From: a phage | NCBI GenBank assembly: GCA_024672275.1 | Contig: GCA_024672275.1_4536.1 | Reading direction: 5' to 3' (one strand) | DNA length: 64,000 nucleotides | Shown: positions 5,382 through 14,858 of the stretch, one piece after another | Layout: each line of letters opens with the position of its first letter | Position numbering within the stretch: position 1 is the stretch's first letter | Translations under genes and position numbers: made by a program | The notes under the pieces: generated by a model | What the model saw: only the letters and a program-made list of their open reading frames with translations | Database searches by the model: none | Told to the model about the DNA's origin: nothing

Positions 5382-7457
5382 GTGGCAAAGAAAAAGGCAG
5401 CAGGTAGTTTAGCTGGAGTAGATATTGAAGTAAAGGCTCAACCAGGTAAACAGACTCTTGCAATGGATTTAATGCCAGAAGTTATGATTTATGGTGGTGC
5501 CGCTGGATGTGTTTCTGCTGAAACAGAATATCTTACAAAAGATGGTTGGAGACAGATTAGTGAATATTCTGGAGAGGATATTTACCAATACAATCCTAAG
5601 AATAAGCGTTTAGAATTGGTAACACCTTATTTTGTAGAATACGATTTAAATGGAGATAACCTATACAGAATAACAAATGGTGTAGGATTGTTCCAAGAAC
5701 TTAGTATGGAACACCGTTTTGTATTCTATAAGAAAAAGAAATCAAAGAAACATTTCGAGATTCTTGTAGGAGATCTTATTGCATTACAGCAAATAGGAAA
5801 ACCCCTGCAAGGTTATGTAGAAAATCCATTCGGTAAACGTGTTCCTTTTAACATACCTGGTAAAAAGAGCACTTACTTAAAAATACACGAGGTTATTTCA
5901 ACAGATGATAAGAAATATTGTTTTGAGACTCCAAGCAGCTATATTGTCTTTAGACGTGGCGATCACTGCTTCGTTACTGGGAATAGCGGCAAGTCTCGTC
6001 TGCTATTGCTGAAAGCTTTAAAATACGCCTACAAAGACCCTTTGTTTGGTGGAATACTTTTCCGTAAGAACACCACTGCTCACCGTAAACCAGGTGGTCT
6101 GTTTACAGAAGCAAAACGTTTGTATCTTCCTTTACAACCGCACGTAAAAGAAAGTACAATGGATATCATTTTTGAAGCCACTGGTGGTGGAACCCTAAAA
6201 TTTGACCATTTGGAAAATGATAACGTAACAGCAGAAACAAACCATCAGGGTACACAGTATTCAATGGTAGGTTTTGACGAGTTAACCCACTTCACACAAT
6301 ATGAAATGCTCTATCTTCTGGGACGTATGCGTTCAGAGTCAGAAACAAGTTTCATGTTGTGCACATGTAACCCTGACGCAGATAGTTGGGTTTTGAATTG
6401 GGTGTTACCTTATCTTGATGAGGGTGGTTATCCTAGAGAAGATATGTGTGGTAAACAAAAATATTTCATCATTGTTAACGATGAACCTGTTTTTGCTGAC
6501 ACACCTGAAGAACTGAAAGAAAAATATCCAGAAAACTGTTTCATGGAAAACCCTAATACAGGGGAGACAGTTGTTATTGAACCACAAACTTTCGTATTTA
6601 TTGGTGGGACAATATTTGATAACCCAGAACTCATTAGGCTTAACCCTAATTACTTAGCACAGCTTAAATCACAAACAGCTATCAAAAGAGCACAGCTTCT
6701 GGATGGTTGTTGGTTTGCACGTATTCAGAAAGAATCTTTCTTTCAACGTGAATGGTTACATAAAATATCTTATAAAGATGTTCCTAACAATCTTAAACTA
6801 ATGCGAGCATGGGATAAAGCTGTTTCAGTTCCTACAGAAACTTACCGTTATCCAGACTATACAACATCTGTCAAAATGGGTAAAGACCAAGATGGTAATA
6901 TCTACATCTTTGGCGACTATGATTATGATGCTGTGGATGAGAAAAGTAAAATTTTTGGAAGGTTTCGAAGACTACCTGGGGAAAGGGATAACCTGATTCT
7001 AAATCAATGTAAGATTGATGGACCAGAAGTTACAGTAGTGCTTCCTAAAGACCCATCTGGTGCTGGGACAATAGAATACACAGAGTCTGCAAAGAAACTT
7101 ATTCTAGAAGGTTTTGTTGTTAAACCAGATGCTATGCCAGGTAACAAGAAAAAGCTTCAGCGTTTTATGCCTTTTAGTAGTGCGTGTCAAAACGGTTTTG
7201 TTTATATTGTTGAAGATTCTTTCCCTAATGTGGAAACTTTAACCCACTTTTATAAAGAATTGGAATCTTTCAATGGTGAAAGATCTACAGCCACTATTAA
7301 AGATGACATTCCCGATGCTGCTGCCTCTTGTTTTAATACTCTGTCAAAAGAGAATACTTTCAAAGCAGTAGCTATCCCTACAACAACAAATGCTCCTACA
7401 GGATACAGTAGAATGAACAGCGGATTTCACCAACCGTATAGTGTCCGTAAAAGATAA
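5382..7457 (+). CDS. terL: terminase large subunit, interrupted by a mini-intein in the Walker A motif
   Basis: GTG start after AAGGAGGG; extein Walker A reconstitutes as GGAAG|SGKS across the intein; Walker B-like VGFDELTH; nuclease-domain acidic motifs (DPSGAG); size and position before portal. Confidence 0.85.
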   Translation: MAKKKAAGSLAGVDIEVKAQPGKQTLAMDLMPEVMIYGGAAGCVSAETEYLTKDGWRQISEYSGEDIYQYNPKNKRLELVTPYFVEYDLNGDNLYRITNGVGLFQELSMEHRFVFYKKKKSKKHFEILVGDLIALQQIGKPLQGYVENPFGKRVPFNIPGKKSTYLKIHEVISTDDKKYCFETPSSYIVFRRGDHCFVTGNSGKSRLLLLKALKYAYKDPLFGGILFRKNTTAHRKPGGLFTEAKRLYLPLQPHVKESTMDIIFEATGGGTLKFDHLENDNVTAETNHQGTQYSMVGFDELTHFTQYEMLYLLGRMRSESETSFMLCTCNPDADSWVLNWVLPYLDEGGYPREDMCGKQKYFIIVNDEPVFADTPEELKEKYPENCFMENPNTGETVVIEPQTFVFIGGTIFDNPELIRLNPNYLAQLKSQTAIKRAQLLDGCWFARIQKESFFQREWLHKISYKDVPNNLKLMRAWDKAVSVPTETYRYPDYTTSVKMGKDQDGNIYIFGDYDYDAVDEKSKIFGRFRRLPGERDNLILNQCKIDGPEVTVVLPKDPSGAGTIEYTESAKKLILEGFVVKPDAMPGNKKKLQRFMPFSSACQNGFVYIVEDSFPNVETLTHFYKELESFNGERSTATIKDDIPDAAASCFNTLSKENTFKAVAIPTTTNAPTGYSRMNSGFHQPYSVRKR
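5508..5984 (+). mobile_element. mini-intein (159 aa, Hint domain only) inserted in terminase P-loop
   Basis: begins Cys (CVSAETEYLTKDG, block A-like), TxxH-like SMEH, ends ...HCFVTGN followed by Ser(+1); excision restores GxxxxGK[ST]. Confidence 0.75.
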
Positions 7458-7460
7458 TTG

Positions 7461-7489
7461 TTGACAAAAGTCACTTTAAAGTGTATTAT
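7461..7489 (+). promoter_or_regulatory. sigma70-like promoter
   Basis: ttgaca 7461-7466, 17-nt spacer, tattat 7484-7489. Confidence 0.55.
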
Positions 7490-7558
7490 AACTAGATAGG
7501 TGAGGTTGTATATAATACAGCCTTGCCTTAACGATTTTATACCTGACTGGAGGAACAA

Positions 7559-9124
7559 GTGTCAACAGGAAAAAGAACGTACACTAAAAAGTCAGAATAC
7601 TGGGACAAAGGTGCTGCAAATAAAGCTGCTCTCTCTCCAACAAAAGAGGCAGAGAAAGAGAAAACGTTACTCCTGTCACCTGAAATAGGAACGATCGGAT
7701 TAAACTCAATCAAAGCATTTACGAATTTCATGCAACCTTATGAGACTCGTTTCCCAGAATGTATTCGCACTTTTAAAGAGATGGGTGAAGACCCTGATGT
7801 AGCTACTGCTCTTGACGCTACATATATCTTTGTAGATAGAGCATTCTTTGATTTCAAGATAAAATACAATGTAAACTCGGCAAAGTCAAGAAAAGCTGCT
7901 AAGTTTATTGATTACATGTTGCGCAATATGCAAGCCCCTCTACGTCAATATGTTAGATCACTTTTGACATATAAGCAATACGGTTTTGCATTCGCAGAGA
8001 AAGTTTATGAGTTGGATGAAGACCCTAAAAGTCCTTACTTTGGGTATTGGCGATTAACCAAACTGGCTTTTAGACCACAAGACACTCTTCACATGGCTCA
8101 ACCTTTTACATATTCGGCAGACGGACGTTCTATTCTATCTGTTAACCAGAATATCACCAATACAATGTTAGCTCCAGGCAATACAACTTTAGAAACTGGT
8201 ATTAAAGAAATTCCTTTCAGTAAAGTTTTATTTGTTGGTAGCAACATTACAGAGAACAACCCACTAGGAGTTAGTCCGCTTTTAGCTGTATATCGTAGCT
8301 GGCGTGAAAAATCTCTTATTCAGGAATTTGAGGTTATTGGGGTATCTAAAGATTTAGGCGGTATGCCAGTTCTTAAGGTTCCAAGTGACATTCTAAACAG
8401 GGCATCTTTAGATCCTGCGGGGGATGAAGCACAATCTCTTCGAGTTCTCCAAGCCAACATCGCTAACCTGCACTCTGGTGAGCAAGCCTACATGGTATTG
8501 CCTTCAGACGTTTATGAAGGCACAGTGATGCGTCAATACGATCTTGTATTCCAAGGTGTTGATGGCACGGGTAAACAGTTTGACACTCAAGCACTAATCA
8601 AACAACGCAAGCTAGATATTTATAACCGCTTTGGTGCGGGTGTGTTGATTATGGGTGATGGTGATGCAGGAAGTTTTGCGCTTTCTGACAACAAACAAAC
8701 ACTATTGTCTCATTTTATTGAGCGAGATGTAGATATTGTTGTAGAAGCTATAAACTCTCAACTGATCCCTCAAACACTACGACTAAACAATATCTTCCTT
8801 TCTGATGAAGATATGCCTAAGTTTGTCAGTGGTGAAATGGGTGATCCTGATATTGAAGTAAATGCTAAAGCTATTCAGCAGTTGGTAGCCTCTGGTGCAA
8901 TACCTTTAACCCCAGAAGTTATTAACGAGTTCCTTGAAAAAATTGGTTTTGAATATCGCATCCCTGACGATATTGTTGCCAATAAAGAGAAATTCTTTGA
9001 ATTCATGGATAACTATATGCCTGACAAAACTTCACGATCAGGAGATGGTTTAGCTACAGCGGGAACTGGAACATCTGATACTGTTTCTGCTTTAGATCCT
9101 TCAGCACAAAACCTGTCGAATTAA
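7559..9124 (+). CDS. putative portal protein
   Basis: 521 aa; GTG start with GGAGGA RBS; position immediately after terminase large subunit in a lambda-like head module. Confidence 0.55.
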   Translation: MSTGKRTYTKKSEYWDKGAANKAALSPTKEAEKEKTLLLSPEIGTIGLNSIKAFTNFMQPYETRFPECIRTFKEMGEDPDVATALDATYIFVDRAFFDFKIKYNVNSAKSRKAAKFIDYMLRNMQAPLRQYVRSLLTYKQYGFAFAEKVYELDEDPKSPYFGYWRLTKLAFRPQDTLHMAQPFTYSADGRSILSVNQNITNTMLAPGNTTLETGIKEIPFSKVLFVGSNITENNPLGVSPLLAVYRSWREKSLIQEFEVIGVSKDLGGMPVLKVPSDILNRASLDPAGDEAQSLRVLQANIANLHSGEQAYMVLPSDVYEGTVMRQYDLVFQGVDGTGKQFDTQALIKQRKLDIYNRFGAGVLIMGDGDAGSFALSDNKQTLLSHFIERDVDIVVEAINSQLIPQTLRLNNIFLSDEDMPKFVSGEMGDPDIEVNAKAIQQLVASGAIPLTPEVINEFLEKIGFEYRIPDDIVANKEKFFEFMDNYMPDKTSRSGDGLATAGTGTSDTVSALDPSAQNLSN

Positions 9125-9152
9125 AAATATTTAATATTTTTTAATTTTTCTA

Positions 9153-9181
9153 TTGACAAAACAACAAATATCCTGTAGACT
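9153..9181 (+). promoter_or_regulatory. sigma70-like promoter
   Basis: 'ctattgaca' -35 at 9153-9158, 17-nt spacer, tagact. Confidence 0.4.
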
Positions 9182-9217
9182 AAGATTTATGGGATATCTG
9201 TTTTTAAGAGGTTTCAA

Positions 9218-9697
9218 ATGGAACTCAATAAAGATACACTGTGGGAACTCTTCAAAACCTTCGCTGGTTTTAAAGAGAATTCTGAATCCCAACAAGATTC
9301 TATACCATCTCAAAAACCTGAAACTCTAGTCAAACAAAATAAATTTGATGAAGAAAAGATGCAGGTTATTGAGGTCTTGTATTGTCCACCTGAAGAAGAT
9401 GATCTCCACGGAGAGCGCATGTCTGATTTGGAAATCAGGAAGATGGTTGACAACTTCAATGAGAATATTACCAATATTAGCGGTAATCTTGGTCACATGA
9501 AGAACACCGATAAGTTTGCTCCAATTAAAGCTTGGGTAAATGAAGTCGATTGTTACATTGGTGACGAACTCGTTGTGGAAGGAACTCCCCTCGTTAAAAT
9601 CCAATTCAACGACCCTGAATTATATCAAGCTCGTAAAGACGGCGTTCTTAAAGGTTTGAGTATAGGCGCAATGGGCGTTAAAGTCAAGAAGGACTAA
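9218..9697 (+). CDS. hypothetical head-module protein (159 aa)
   Basis: ORF between portal and scaffold-like gene; no recognisable motif. Confidence 0.4.
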   Translation: MELNKDTLWELFKTFAGFKENSESQQDSIPSQKPETLVKQNKFDEEKMQVIEVLYCPPEEDDLHGERMSDLEIRKMVDNFNENITNISGNLGHMKNTDKFAPIKAWVNEVDCYIGDELVVEGTPLVKIQFNDPELYQARKDGVLKGLSIGAMGVKVKKD

Positions 9698-9699
9698 TC

Positions 9700-10815
9700 G
9701 TGGCAAATACATATTTAACTAACGTAGACTTTTCTGGAAAATCTACGGAAGAGTCACTAGGTGCTCATATTGCTTACACTTTTGATTTTCAAGGTGGAGC
9801 GGCATCTGGTTACAATACCCCCCTTTTATTTAAGTCAGACGGATCTCCAGACATAACTTTTGAAAAGTTAGAAGCTCTCACTAAAATGGGAGAAGATGTT
9901 ACAGAGTTACGTAAAAGCTATATTCAACAAGTGATGGATCGCATTTCTGAAAAAGTGCGTGAAAAATTTGAAGCTGGTTGGGATTGGGTTTACGTTATTG
10001 ATGCTGACTTCGATGCGAACGTTGCAATTTTCTGTTCAGATAACGGTATGTTCTCTGTTGGCTTTAAAGTTGACGGACTGAATGTTGAAGTTGAAGAGGT
10101 TGCTAAACCTGTTGTTCGTGTTACTGATTATCAAGTTGTTGATGGTGATGTAATGATCTCCATTGATTTCTTTGAGGACGTTTTAGACGATGCTTTGAGT
10201 AATCTCGTTAAGAGTTCCTTGAAACAAAGTCAAGTTAAAGATTATTTAGTGAAAGCTCACGCTAAAGCTAATACAAACTCTGTGGATGCAGAGGCTAACC
10301 CCGCAGGTGATAAATCTGCAAACACAACTGGAATCAATAAAGGAGAAACCCCTTTGGAAAATATCAACAAAGAAGAATTCCTGAAATCTGCTGAATTCCA
10401 AGAACTGATGAAAGCACAGATCGCTGAAGCTGTAGAAAAAGCAGCAGCAGATGCACGTGCAGCCGCAGAACTTGAAGCACAGGAAAAAATCGCTAAGGCA
10501 GAACAGGAAGCAGAAGAACTTCGTAAAGCTGAACAAGCTCGTATCGAAGAAGAATATACAACTGTTGTTAAATCCTATTCTTTCGTAGAAGAAGACAAAG
10601 TTGAAGCTCTCGTTAAATATCTGGTAGACAATAAAGATATCGCTGAAACTATCGTCAAAGCATTCGAAAAAGCACGTGCAGAAGTGGACGCAGTTAAGAA
10701 AGAATTTGGAACAGAACGTGGTGTTGACGTGATCAATACTCAACCTGTAGCTAAATCTTCTTCTGAACTGATTAGTCAGAAAGCTGCTGAACTTAAAAAA
10801 GCCCAGAAACAATAA
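9700..10815 (+). CDS. putative scaffolding protein (possibly protease-scaffold)
   Basis: 371 aa; long Ala/Glu/Lys-rich coiled-coil segment (AEAVEKAAADARAAAELEAQEKIAKAEQEAEELRKAEQARIEEE); position before decoration and capsid genes. Confidence 0.45.
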   Translation: MANTYLTNVDFSGKSTEESLGAHIAYTFDFQGGAASGYNTPLLFKSDGSPDITFEKLEALTKMGEDVTELRKSYIQQVMDRISEKVREKFEAGWDWVYVIDADFDANVAIFCSDNGMFSVGFKVDGLNVEVEEVAKPVVRVTDYQVVDGDVMISIDFFEDVLDDALSNLVKSSLKQSQVKDYLVKAHAKANTNSVDAEANPAGDKSANTTGINKGETPLENINKEEFLKSAEFQELMKAQIAEAVEKAAADARAAAELEAQEKIAKAEQEAEELRKAEQARIEEEYTTVVKSYSFVEEDKVEALVKYLVDNKDIAETIVKAFEKARAEVDAVKKEFGTERGVDVINTQPVAKSSSELISQKAAELKKAQKQ

Positions 10816-10834
10816 TCTTAGGAGATTAAATTAA

Positions 10835-11233
10835 ATGGCTAAAGGAATTACTTTATCTAACTCTCGCCAGGAATTCGGACACCTGGTTCTGGGTGGAGTG
10901 TTTAGCTCTGACCTTGGACACTGTGTACGTGAAGTTAACCTGGTTAAAACAGCAACCATGAAAATTGGTTCTATCCTGAAAGCTGACAACACTGAAGCTG
11001 CTAAAGCTGAAGCTGCCGATGCTGCTAAAGTTCTGATTTGGACTGATGCTCTGTTCGGTATTGACGATGTAGCAGTAGGTGACACTTTCACCGCAGTTGT
11101 TGGCGTACGTGATCTTACTCTGAACCGCTTTGCAGTATACTACAAAGATGGCTCCCTGGTAGATGACGCTGGCGTAGCAGCACTGGAAACACATGATCTG
11201 AAACTGACCGAAAAAGTCGTTTTCACTTCTTAA
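10835..11233 (+). CDS. putative head decoration protein (lambda gpD-like position)
   Basis: 132 aa; immediately upstream of gpE-like capsid gene; strong RBS; highly expressed-type codon usage. Confidence 0.45.
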   Translation: MAKGITLSNSRQEFGHLVLGGVFSSDLGHCVREVNLVKTATMKIGSILKADNTEAAKAEAADAAKVLIWTDALFGIDDVAVGDTFTAVVGVRDLTLNRFAVYYKDGSLVDDAGVAALETHDLKLTEKVVFTS

Positions 11234-11254
11234 TTTTAATAGGAGATTAATATA

Positions 11255-12256
11255 ATGCCAGCAGTAATTTTAGATCAGGTTGTAGATTTCAGCCCTATGA
11301 TCGAACTTCAGGATTCCCCTGATACACTGATTGCCAGCCTGAATCTGTTCAGTGTTGACTATCATTCAACTACCGCTATTGAAATCGGTAAAGAAAAAGC
11401 TGAAGATGCTCTGATCTCCGCTCGTGAGCGTGGTGGTGAGCGTAACTTCCTGAGCATGAAAAATCCAGAACTGAAAGCGTTCCGCATTCCGTTCTTCCCT
11501 CTGGATAAAAACATCAAAGCTCAAGATATTCAATCTTTCCGTAGCTTTGCAATGGCAGGAATCAATGACTCTCTGCGCACAGACGCTGAAGTTGTTAACC
11601 GCTATATGTCCCAGATTCTGCGTGACGTAGCAAAAACCAAAGAGAAAATCTTTGCAGAAGCAGTTATGGGTCGTGCCTATAACGGCGTAGGTGGTGCAGC
11701 TAACTCTGCATACAACTGGTATACCGAATGGGGTGCTACCCAGAAATCTGTTGCTGTAGACTTTGCTTCTACCACTGTTTCTCCAGCAGCCACTATCGAG
11801 AAAGAAGCTCGTGCTTACATCATCGATACTAAACAAGATGGCTCTACCGCTACTCGTATCGTAGCTCTGTGTTCTCGTGAATTTTTCGCATCTCTGGTTA
11901 ACTCTCCATTTGTTCGCCAGGCATATCAGTATTTCCAGGGAACTCCTAACCTTCTGCGTGACCGCCTTAGCGGTAACATGGATGTTCAGGTGTTCGAATG
12001 GAACGGTGTAACTTACATTGAAGATATCCACGGTAACATCCCTGCTGGTGAAGCATATGTTCTGCCTATGGGTATCGAAGGTATGTTCCAGGCGCACTAC
12101 GCTCCTGCGGATACCCCAGAACTGGCTAACACCCAGGCTCGTGAACTGTATACCTTCATGATCAGCCAGCACCGCACTATTCAGCTTCAGTCTGAATTCT
12201 CGCTGCTCGCAGTTAACACCCGTCCAGAACTGGTAGTTAAACTGACTACGGCTTAA
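11255..12256 (+). CDS. major capsid protein, lambda gpE-like
   Basis: 333 aa (lambda gpE is 341 aa); C-terminal NTQARELYTF resembles lambda gpE NTQARGLRTYG; strong RBS, biased codon usage; terminator follows. Confidence 0.75.
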   Translation: MPAVILDQVVDFSPMIELQDSPDTLIASLNLFSVDYHSTTAIEIGKEKAEDALISARERGGERNFLSMKNPELKAFRIPFFPLDKNIKAQDIQSFRSFAMAGINDSLRTDAEVVNRYMSQILRDVAKTKEKIFAEAVMGRAYNGVGGAANSAYNWYTEWGATQKSVAVDFASTTVSPAATIEKEARAYIIDTKQDGSTATRIVALCSREFFASLVNSPFVRQAYQYFQGTPNLLRDRLSGNMDVQVFEWNGVTYIEDIHGNIPAGEAYVLPMGIEGMFQAHYAPADTPELANTQARELYTFMISQHRTIQLQSEFSLLAVNTRPELVVKLTTA

Positions 12257-12277
12257 TAGAACTCTGTTAAGATTAGA

Positions 12278-12306
12278 GGCTCGTCCGTGATGGGCGAGCC
12301 TTTTCT
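12278..12306 (+). terminator. rho-independent terminator after capsid gene
   Basis: 9-bp stem ggctcgtcc/gggcgagcc, loop gtgat, followed by TTTTCT. Confidence 0.7.
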
Positions 12307-12340
12307 GTTTACAATAAGAGTTTACAACGAGGAGATTGAT

Positions 12341-12685
12341 ATGTCAAACCCAGAATTGAAACGTTACTTTAGTTATCACGAAATGATTCGTGATTTCGAA
12401 TCGCTTTCACCACTGATCGATGCTGATAAAACATTAGTATCTGCGCCACCAATGTCTTTCTATCTGAAAGATGGTCGTATTGCATTAGGTGGAAACTTCA
12501 TTCACTTCCTCACACGTTTGAGAGAAGAAACAGGTATTCTTGTGCATCCTTTTGCAAGTGAAGAACACATGGGTTACTATCTTGTAAGTTACGAAGACTA
12601 TGCACCTGTAAAAATCAAAGAAGAAGTTTTAAAAGTAGAAGCGGTAGACACTCCAGCTAAAAAACGTTCCCTTCGTAAAAAATAA
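12341..12685 (+). CDS. hypothetical head-tail connector region protein (114 aa)
   Basis: ATG 12341 with GAGGAG upstream; ORF-track start 12287 lies inside the terminator hairpin so the internal start is preferred. Confidence 0.5.
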   Translation: MSNPELKRYFSYHEMIRDFESLSPLIDADKTLVSAPPMSFYLKDGRIALGGNFIHFLTRLREETGILVHPFASEEHMGYYLVSYEDYAPVKIKEEVLKVEAVDTPAKKRSLRKK

Positions 12686-12694
12686 GGTGGGCTT

Positions 12695-13243
12695 ATGCTG
12701 AATGCGGTAGAGTTGGCACCACTGATCCGAATTCTTGTTTATAACCCTTCTCAAGAAGTATTGCCAGATGCAATGCTGATTCAGATCATCCAAACTTGGA
12801 TTGATATTATAGGGAATGAAGATAAGGATAAGTGTGCAGTATTGTGGAACAGCTTGATTTCTGTTTTAGAGTATCTATGGAACAACGATGTTCTTAACAA
12901 CAGTACTCAAACAGGAGGAGCTATGTCCCGCAGAGAAAAGATGGGTGAAGTCGAAGTTGAAGTTAAATTTAACAACGGTCAAGTAACTTATAAGTCTCCG
13001 TGGGAAGATATCTATCATAACTATTTAAACGGTCTTATGGTCATTCCTGGGTGCACGGCAGGACGAGGAGCAACCAGTAAAGTTCTTATTGGCGGTGTGG
13101 ATGCTCGTGAGATTGATCGAGTAAACAGCGATCCTAACTCTGTGAATGGTCTTGGTAATGTTGCAAGTGTTGATCGTAATACACGTAACATTAATTATTT
13201 GCGAAATTACGGACCTGTTTCTTTTTATCGTAGGGACAAATAA
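12695..13243 (+). CDS. hypothetical head completion / connector protein
   Basis: 182 aa ORF in the head-to-tail joining region. Confidence 0.45.
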   Translation: MLNAVELAPLIRILVYNPSQEVLPDAMLIQIIQTWIDIIGNEDKDKCAVLWNSLISVLEYLWNNDVLNNSTQTGGAMSRREKMGEVEVEVKFNNGQVTYKSPWEDIYHNYLNGLMVIPGCTAGRGATSKVLIGGVDAREIDRVNSDPNSVNGLGNVASVDRNTRNINYLRNYGPVSFYRRDK

Positions 13244-13731
13244 TGGAAAGTGAGATCTTACCAGGTGACGATACAGATTGGGAAACCATTATCAAAAAGA
13301 TGATGGATCTTGAACAAGTTCAAATCGAAGCTGGTTTTTTAACAAACAAAAGGCATCCTGAATCAGATCTCACTATTCCTGCAATAGCAGCTATTCAACA
13401 ATATGGTAATGAAACAAACAACATACCTGCTCGCCCTTTTATAACAGATGGTGCTGTTATCTCACAGAACAATATCGCTAAAAAGATGAAGCAGGTTTTT
13501 GCAAATTACCTAATGAACAATGTTGGGTTGGCTGTTTTTGAGCCTATAGCGAGAGCCTCTAGAGAAGGAATAGCTCAAGCGATTGCAATGCAACGTTATC
13601 GTCCTTTATCTCCTGTGACAATTAAGATACGACAAGATAAAGGCAACTATTCTAATCATATCTTAATAGATACGGCATATATGATAAATGCAATCGAAAC
13701 AAAAATCACAAAAAGCAAGTCTAAAAAATAA
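13243..13731 (+). CDS. hypothetical connector/tail completion protein
   Basis: 162 aa; start overlaps previous stop (ATGA-type coupling). Confidence 0.45.
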   Translation: MESEILPGDDTDWETIIKKMMDLEQVQIEAGFLTNKRHPESDLTIPAIAAIQQYGNETNNIPARPFITDGAVISQNNIAKKMKQVFANYLMNNVGLAVFEPIARASREGIAQAIAMQRYRPLSPVTIKIRQDKGNYSNHILIDTAYMINAIETKITKSKSKK

Positions 13732-13776
13732 CTTGCATAAACTTTGTTTTTGATGTATACTAAAAAGGAGATACAA

Positions 13777-14193
13777 GTGTTACTAGATCAATTTACTCTC
13801 CTTGATCTAACTGAATACCAAGGTCGTAGACGAGTCTACAAAGAGGCAGTTGGTTCAGTTATTGCTAACTTAGAAAGTAGTGTAGAATATGAACCATTTA
13901 CTATTGAAGCGGCAAGCTTACAACCGATATCTGGTAAAACACTGAATGCACTACCTGAAGGTTACAGATCTAAGGCTCAATATAGTTTCTGGACTAAAAC
14001 AGAAATGAAGGGGTTACAACAAGGAACAGAACAGTTATCAGATCAGATATTGATAGATGGTAAATGGTATTCTGTTTATTCCCTTAAAGATTGGACCAGA
14101 ACATCTTTCTTAGTCCATCATCACTGTGTTGCGATATTAGACGATCAAAACAACTCCTGGTCTTATGGAACAGAAGGAGGAAACTTTGGCTAA
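13777..14193 (+). CDS. hypothetical structural protein
   Basis: GTG 13777 with AAGGAG 7 nt upstream (ORF-track start 13744 has no RBS). Confidence 0.45.
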   Translation: MLLDQFTLLDLTEYQGRRRVYKEAVGSVIANLESSVEYEPFTIEAASLQPISGKTLNALPEGYRSKAQYSFWTKTEMKGLQQGTEQLSDQILIDGKWYSVYSLKDWTRTSFLVHHHCVAILDDQNNSWSYGTEGGNFG

Positions 14194-14824
14194 TATTTAC
14201 CAACAAATAGAAGCATACGAAAATGCCATCTACTTAAATATAGGTGGCTTCCTTCAAGAATTAGTGGGGTTGCCAGTCTATGTTATGGATAAGCCATTCA
14301 TTAAACCGGATACTCCTTACCTAGCACTACGTATTATCACTTCCAGCGATTCTGGAGGTTGGTCTTACCGAAGCTCTATTCAAAATGATATGTATTCCTA
14401 CGAGATGGATAATACCTACGAGATTGAACTTGTAGCCTATCGTGGAAGACCTACCACTTTGATGAGCTATGTTCTGGCTGCTCTCCGTGGTGCAGAGGAA
14501 TTAAAATACAAACATCTCTATTCTAAAGGTCTTGGTTTTTTAGGAGCCTCTAATATAGCTCAAGCCAATACGATTGTAGACGGAGATAAGACTGAATTAA
14601 GAGCGCGTATGGTTATGACGTTCAACACTCGTATGAGTATTGAAGATATTGCTACTACACCAATAGAAGCAATCAACATGCACATCCGTTCATTCAGAGA
14701 TAGTTACAATGATCCTATCCCTTTAGATTTAATTCTAAACAGGGTTTATGCAATTACTTTGGTTCCAGGCGAATACTCGTCAGTTAATCAAAATGGATCA
14801 TTATTTAACAACCCTACCGAATAA
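14165..14824 (+). CDS. hypothetical structural protein (tail completion region)
   Basis: 219 aa ORF; true start may be in-frame TTG 14186 just after AGGAGG 14175-14180. Confidence 0.45.
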   Translation: MEQKEETLANIYQQIEAYENAIYLNIGGFLQELVGLPVYVMDKPFIKPDTPYLALRIITSSDSGGWSYRSSIQNDMYSYEMDNTYEIELVAYRGRPTTLMSYVLAALRGAEELKYKHLYSKGLGFLGASNIAQANTIVDGDKTELRARMVMTFNTRMSIEDIATTPIEAINMHIRSFRDSYNDPIPLDLILNRVYAITLVPGEYSSVNQNGSLFNNPTE

Positions 14825-14858
14825 ACTCATTGGAATTAAGTTTCTAACAGGAGCATAA

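Noticed and set aside
10246-10812. 188-aa minus-strand ORF antisense to the scaffold-like gene
   Set aside because: Lies entirely inside a well-supported plus-strand gene; Phe/Cys/Ser-rich low-complexity translation typical of an antisense frame; no RBS.
11366-12172. 268-aa minus-strand ORF antisense to the major capsid gene
   Set aside because: Fully embedded in the gpE-like capsid gene, which has strong RBS, motif and codon-usage support; the antisense frame is open only because of codon bias.
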